This document shows positions 60,794 to 64,000 of a DNA stretch of 64,000 nucleotides, piece by piece. Positions within the stretch are counted from its first letter, which is position 1. Every line of letters starts with the position of its first letter. This stretch comes from Alphaproteobacteria bacterium (GTDB taxonomy: Bacteria > Pseudomonadota > Alphaproteobacteria > UBA828): contig CAXXVO010000005.1 of assembly GCA_963422645.2 (NCBI GenBank), positions 128,001-192,000 on the forward strand. The letters are read 5' to 3'. Below the pieces are notes generated by a model. It was given only the letters and a program-made list of their open reading frames with translations. It ran no database searches and was not told the origin of the DNA. The position numbers and the translations under genes are program-made.

Positions 60794-62134
60794 TCAGTTC
60801 GGCGCGTAGGGGTTCTTGCCCGCGCGCAGCATAAGCCGGATCGGCACGCCGGCGAGGCCGAACTCGGCGCCGATCCCGTTCACGAGATAGCGGCGGTAAC
60901 TCTCCGGCAGCGCCTGCGGCTTGCTGGCGAAGAGGGCGAAGGTCGGCGGCCTGGCCTTGACCTGGGTGATGTAGCGGAGCCTCAGCCGTCGGCCGGACGC
61001 GAGCGGCGGTGGATGATGGGCGACCGCCCCTTCCAGCCAGCGGTTGAGCGCGGCGGTGGGCACGCGGCGGTTCCAGGTGTCGAAGGCGGTGAGCACCGCC
61101 GGCATGATTGCCTTCGTCCCCGCGCCGGTCAGGCCCGAGCAGGTCACAACCGGCACTCCCTTCACTTGTGCGAGGGCGGCCTCCAGCCGGTCCTGAACCG
61201 CCGCGCGGGTGGCGGCGCGGTTTCGCACCAGGTCCCACTTGTTGTGGAGGATGACAATGGCCCGGCCTTCGTCCGCCACACGGGCGGCGATGGCCATGTC
61301 CTGACGGCCGGCGGGCTCGGACGCGTCCAGCACGACCAGCACCACCGCCGCCCGGCCGAGCGCACGCTCGGCGTCGCGCGAGGAAAGCTTGTCCAGCGCC
61401 GCTACGGTCTTGGCGCGGCGGCGCATGCCGGCCGTGTCCACCAGCTCGACCGCGCGGCCTTCGTAGGACCAGCGCACCGCGATGGAATCCCGTGTAAGCC
61501 CCGGTTCCGCGCCGGTGATGACCCGCGCCTCGCCCACCAGCCGGTTGAGCAGAGTCGACTTGCCGACATTGGGTCGGCCCACGATGGCGAGCCGGAGCAC
61601 GGCGTCCGCGCCCGGTCCCGCGCCTGCGCCCTGCGGCGTCTCGGAATCGAAGGGGCTGAGCGCATCGTAGAGGTCCGCGAGCCCCTCGCCGTGCTCCGCC
61701 GAGATCGGGATCGGCTGTCCCAGCCCGAGGGCATGACTTTCGGCGATGCCGCCGTCGGCCGCGCTGCCCTCGCACTTGTTGACCGCGAGGACGATCGGCA
61801 CCTGCAGCCGCCGGAGCTGATTGGCGAAGAACTCGTCGGCCGGCGTCACACCGGCGCGGCCGTCGATCAGGAGCAGCGCCGCGTCGGCGTCGGCCAGCGC
61901 GCGCGCCGTTTGCGCCATCATGCGGCCGGCCAGCGTCTCCGGAGACGCCTCTTCGAGCCCGGCGGTGTCGATGGCGCGAAAGCGGAGGGGGCCGATCCGC
62001 GCCCAACCCTCGCGCCGGTCACGGGTCACGCCCGGCGTGGGCGCGACGAGCGCCGCGCGCCTGCCCACCAGCCGGTTGAAGAGCGTCGACTTGCCGACAT
62101 TGGGTCGGCCCACGATGGCGACGGTGAAGGCCAC
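60794..62134 (-). CDS. der: Ribosome biogenesis GTPase Der
   Basis: Two GRPNVGKS G-domains with DTAG and NKxD/E. Confidence 0.97.
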   Translation of the reverse strand: MAFTVAIVGRPNVGKSTLFNRLVGRRAALVAPTPGVTRDRREGWARIGPLRFRAIDTAGLEEASPETLAGRMMAQTARALADADAALLLIDGRAGVTPADEFFANQLRRLQVPIVLAVNKCEGSAADGGIAESHALGLGQPIPISAEHGEGLADLYDALSPFDSETPQGAGAGPGADAVLRLAIVGRPNVGKSTLLNRLVGEARVITGAEPGLTRDSIAVRWSYEGRAVELVDTAGMRRRAKTVAALDKLSSRDAERALGRAAVVLVVLDASEPAGRQDMAIAARVADEGRAIVILHNKWDLVRNRAATRAAVQDRLEAALAQVKGVPVVTCSGLTGAGTKAIMPAVLTAFDTWNRRVPTAALNRWLEGAVAHHPPPLASGRRLRLRYITQVKARPPTFALFASKPQALPESYRRYLVNGIGAEFGLAGVPIRLMLRAGKNPYAPN

Positions 62135-62142
62135 CGGAGACC

Positions 62143-63495
62143 TCAGCGGAACGCGATCAGATCCGCGTCGTCGGTCACGATGAAGAGTGTCCGATCGGCG
62201 ACCACGGGCGGCTGGCGCACGGCGCCCCCGGCGTTGCGCCCGCCGAGAACGCGACCGTCGTAGGGTGAGATCGCGAGCACCCTGCCGTCCGAACCCGCCA
62301 CAACCAGGCGATCGCCGACGAGCACCGGGCCGGTCCAGAAGATCGCATCCTCCCGCTCCTCCGGGTCCTCGTAACGCGGCAGCGGCCGCACCCAGAGGAT
62401 GGCGCCGCTCTGGCGCGCGAGGCAGAGGAGCTCGCCGTCTGCGGTCAACACGAAAATGAAATCGCCGGCGACCCACGGCGTGTCGAGCCCGGCGATGTCC
62501 CGCTCCCAGAAGCGCCGTCCGCTTCGCTCGTCGATGGCGACCATGCGCCCGCCGTGGCCGATCGCGAACACCACGCCCCGGTCGATCACGGGATTGCCGT
62601 CGATGTCGTTGAAGGTGGCGATGGCCCCGATGCGCACGCCCTGGACCGAGAGGATGTCGGCCCAGATGGTGCGTCCGTTCTCGACCCGGAGCGCCGTGAG
62701 CTCGCCGGACGAGAAGGGTGCCACGACAACGCCGCCTTCCGCCGCCGGGCTGGCGCCCCGGAGAAGTCCGGCACTCTCCACGATCGCTGCGTGGCTCCAT
62801 TGCAAGGCGCCGCTGCGGGCGTCCAGGACCCAGAGCCGGTTGTCGTGGCTCACGGCGAAGACGCGGCCGCCGTAGACCACGGGCGGCGCGCGCACGGGCA
62901 CGCCGATCGAATGCCGCCATTGCAGGGCGCCGGTCTCCGCGTCCAGCGCGAGCACGTGGCCGAGGCCCGTCGTTGCGAACAGCCATCCGCCTGCCACCGC
63001 AAGGCCGCCGCCGAACGCGCCTTCGTCATCCTCTTCCGGCAACATGTTGTCGGTCCACACCCTGGCTCCCGTTTCGGCATCGAACGACGAGATCAGGCTC
63101 TGCGAGTCCATGGTGAAGACCCGCCCGCCGGCAATCACGGGAGTCGCAAGAGCGGGCCCGTCGTCGTCGGTCCCGCTGCCGATCCTGGCCCGCCAGCGTA
63201 GGGCGAGGGTGTCCGCCGCGGCGAGATGGTGCATGGCGTGGTGCGGGTAGCCGCCCGACTGGGGCCAGTCCTCATTCACATAGGGCGGTGGCAGACGCAC
63301 CGTAAGCGCCTCGGTGCCGGGGTCGGGCTCCAGCTGCCGTTCGACGGAGATCACCGAGAGTCGCTCGCCGGGAACCGGCGGAGGCTCGCCTTCGCCCATC
63401 CATTCCGACACGGTGTCGCAGCCGGCGAGCGCGAGCAGGAGGCAGAGGCCGAGCAGGGCGCTTCGCGCGGCCCCCGCAGGTGCGGCGCACCTCAT
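62143..63495 (-). CDS. bamB: PQQ-like beta-propeller lipoprotein (BamB-like)
   Basis: LAGC lipobox, repeated DAETGxxxW motifs, position upstream of der. Confidence 0.8.
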   Translation of the reverse strand: MRCAAPAGAARSALLGLCLLLALAGCDTVSEWMGEGEPPPVPGERLSVISVERQLEPDPGTEALTVRLPPPYVNEDWPQSGGYPHHAMHHLAAADTLALRWRARIGSGTDDDGPALATPVIAGGRVFTMDSQSLISSFDAETGARVWTDNMLPEEDDEGAFGGGLAVAGGWLFATTGLGHVLALDAETGALQWRHSIGVPVRAPPVVYGGRVFAVSHDNRLWVLDARSGALQWSHAAIVESAGLLRGASPAAEGGVVVAPFSSGELTALRVENGRTIWADILSVQGVRIGAIATFNDIDGNPVIDRGVVFAIGHGGRMVAIDERSGRRFWERDIAGLDTPWVAGDFIFVLTADGELLCLARQSGAILWVRPLPRYEDPEEREDAIFWTGPVLVGDRLVVAGSDGRVLAISPYDGRVLGGRNAGGAVRQPPVVADRTLFIVTDDADLIAFR

Positions 63496-64000
63496 TCCGA
63501 CGTGCTCCCGCCGGCCGAGCCATCCGCTTCAGCGTCATCCCAGTCGGCCGACTGGGCATCGCCCGCCAGTGCCGCCTCCAGGTCCCCGCCAAGGCTCAAC
63601 AGCAGCTCCGCCGCCCGCTGGCGCTGGCCGAGCGGCGCCCCCGGGTCGCTCACGAGCTCGGCGAAGAGCCCGCGCGCCGCCTCTTCGTTGCCGGCGCGCA
63701 TCTCGGCGATGGCGGAGAGTTCCGTCGCCAGCGGTCGCCAGGGCGATTGGCCCGCGAGCAGGGACGCGAGTCGCTGATTGACCTCCGCAGCGGACGCGCG
63801 GTCCACCAGCCGCTGTGCGGCAAGCAGTGCGCCCAAATCGCGATAGAGCGGGTCCAGCCGGGAATCCGCAGCCATCTGGTCGTAGACGAAGATGGCGCCG
63901 CTGATGTCCCCGCGTCCGGCGCGGGCGTCGGCTTCCGCCAGCCGGGCGAGCGCCGCGTAGCCGGACTCGGAATCGGCGGCGAGCGCAGCAAGCAGATCTG
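63492..64000 (-). CDS. YfgM-like TPR protein (partial, runs off the window)
   Basis: Helical Ala-rich frame (GYAALARLAEA...YRDLGAL...SPWRPLATEL) upstream of bamB-der. Confidence 0.7.
   Translation of the reverse strand, partial: DLLAALAADSESGYAALARLAEADARAGRGDISGAIFVYDQMAADSRLDPLYRDLGALLAAQRLVDRASAAEVNQRLASLLAGQSPWRPLATELSAIAEMRAGNEEAARGLFAELVSDPGAPLGQRQRAAELLLSLGGDLEAALAGDAQSADWDDAEADGSAGGSTSE

Noticed and set aside
62135-62986. 730-aa Der with a long N-terminal extension
   Set aside because: The extension overlaps bamB out of frame; Der homology starts at the GTG at 62134.

Overview
High-GC window, most likely from an Alphaproteobacterium (inferred from gene order: etfQO-TPR-ispE, def-fmt-truA, yfgM-bamB-der). 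It has two halves. Positions ~1.7-36.3 kb are an insertion-sequence-saturated accessory region. It holds two identical IS110 copies, a second IS110 family (one full and one truncated copy), two inverted copies of an IS66 (ISBst12-like) element carrying a DNA adenine methyltransferase gene, a third IS66 splitting a sugar ABC binding-protein gene, an IS630, IS21/IS3 remnants and an interrupted tyrosine integrase. It also holds a ~6 kb TGT...ACA-bounded unit with phage tail genes, a QueC-like gene and istAB. Positions 36.6-64 kb are intact housekeeping and metabolic genes, including a complete aorABCDE-type tungsten aldehyde oxidoreductase operon. The best novelty candidates are (1) the mobile IS66-methyltransferase element, whose two copies each have their own 8-bp target duplication, (2) an IS110 whose bridge-RNA guides are readable from the sequence and appear to target G/C homopolymer runs, and (3) a QueC-like gene coupled to a phage tail-fibre gene at a transposon-like end. 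All product calls come from motif recognition by eye; no database search was run.
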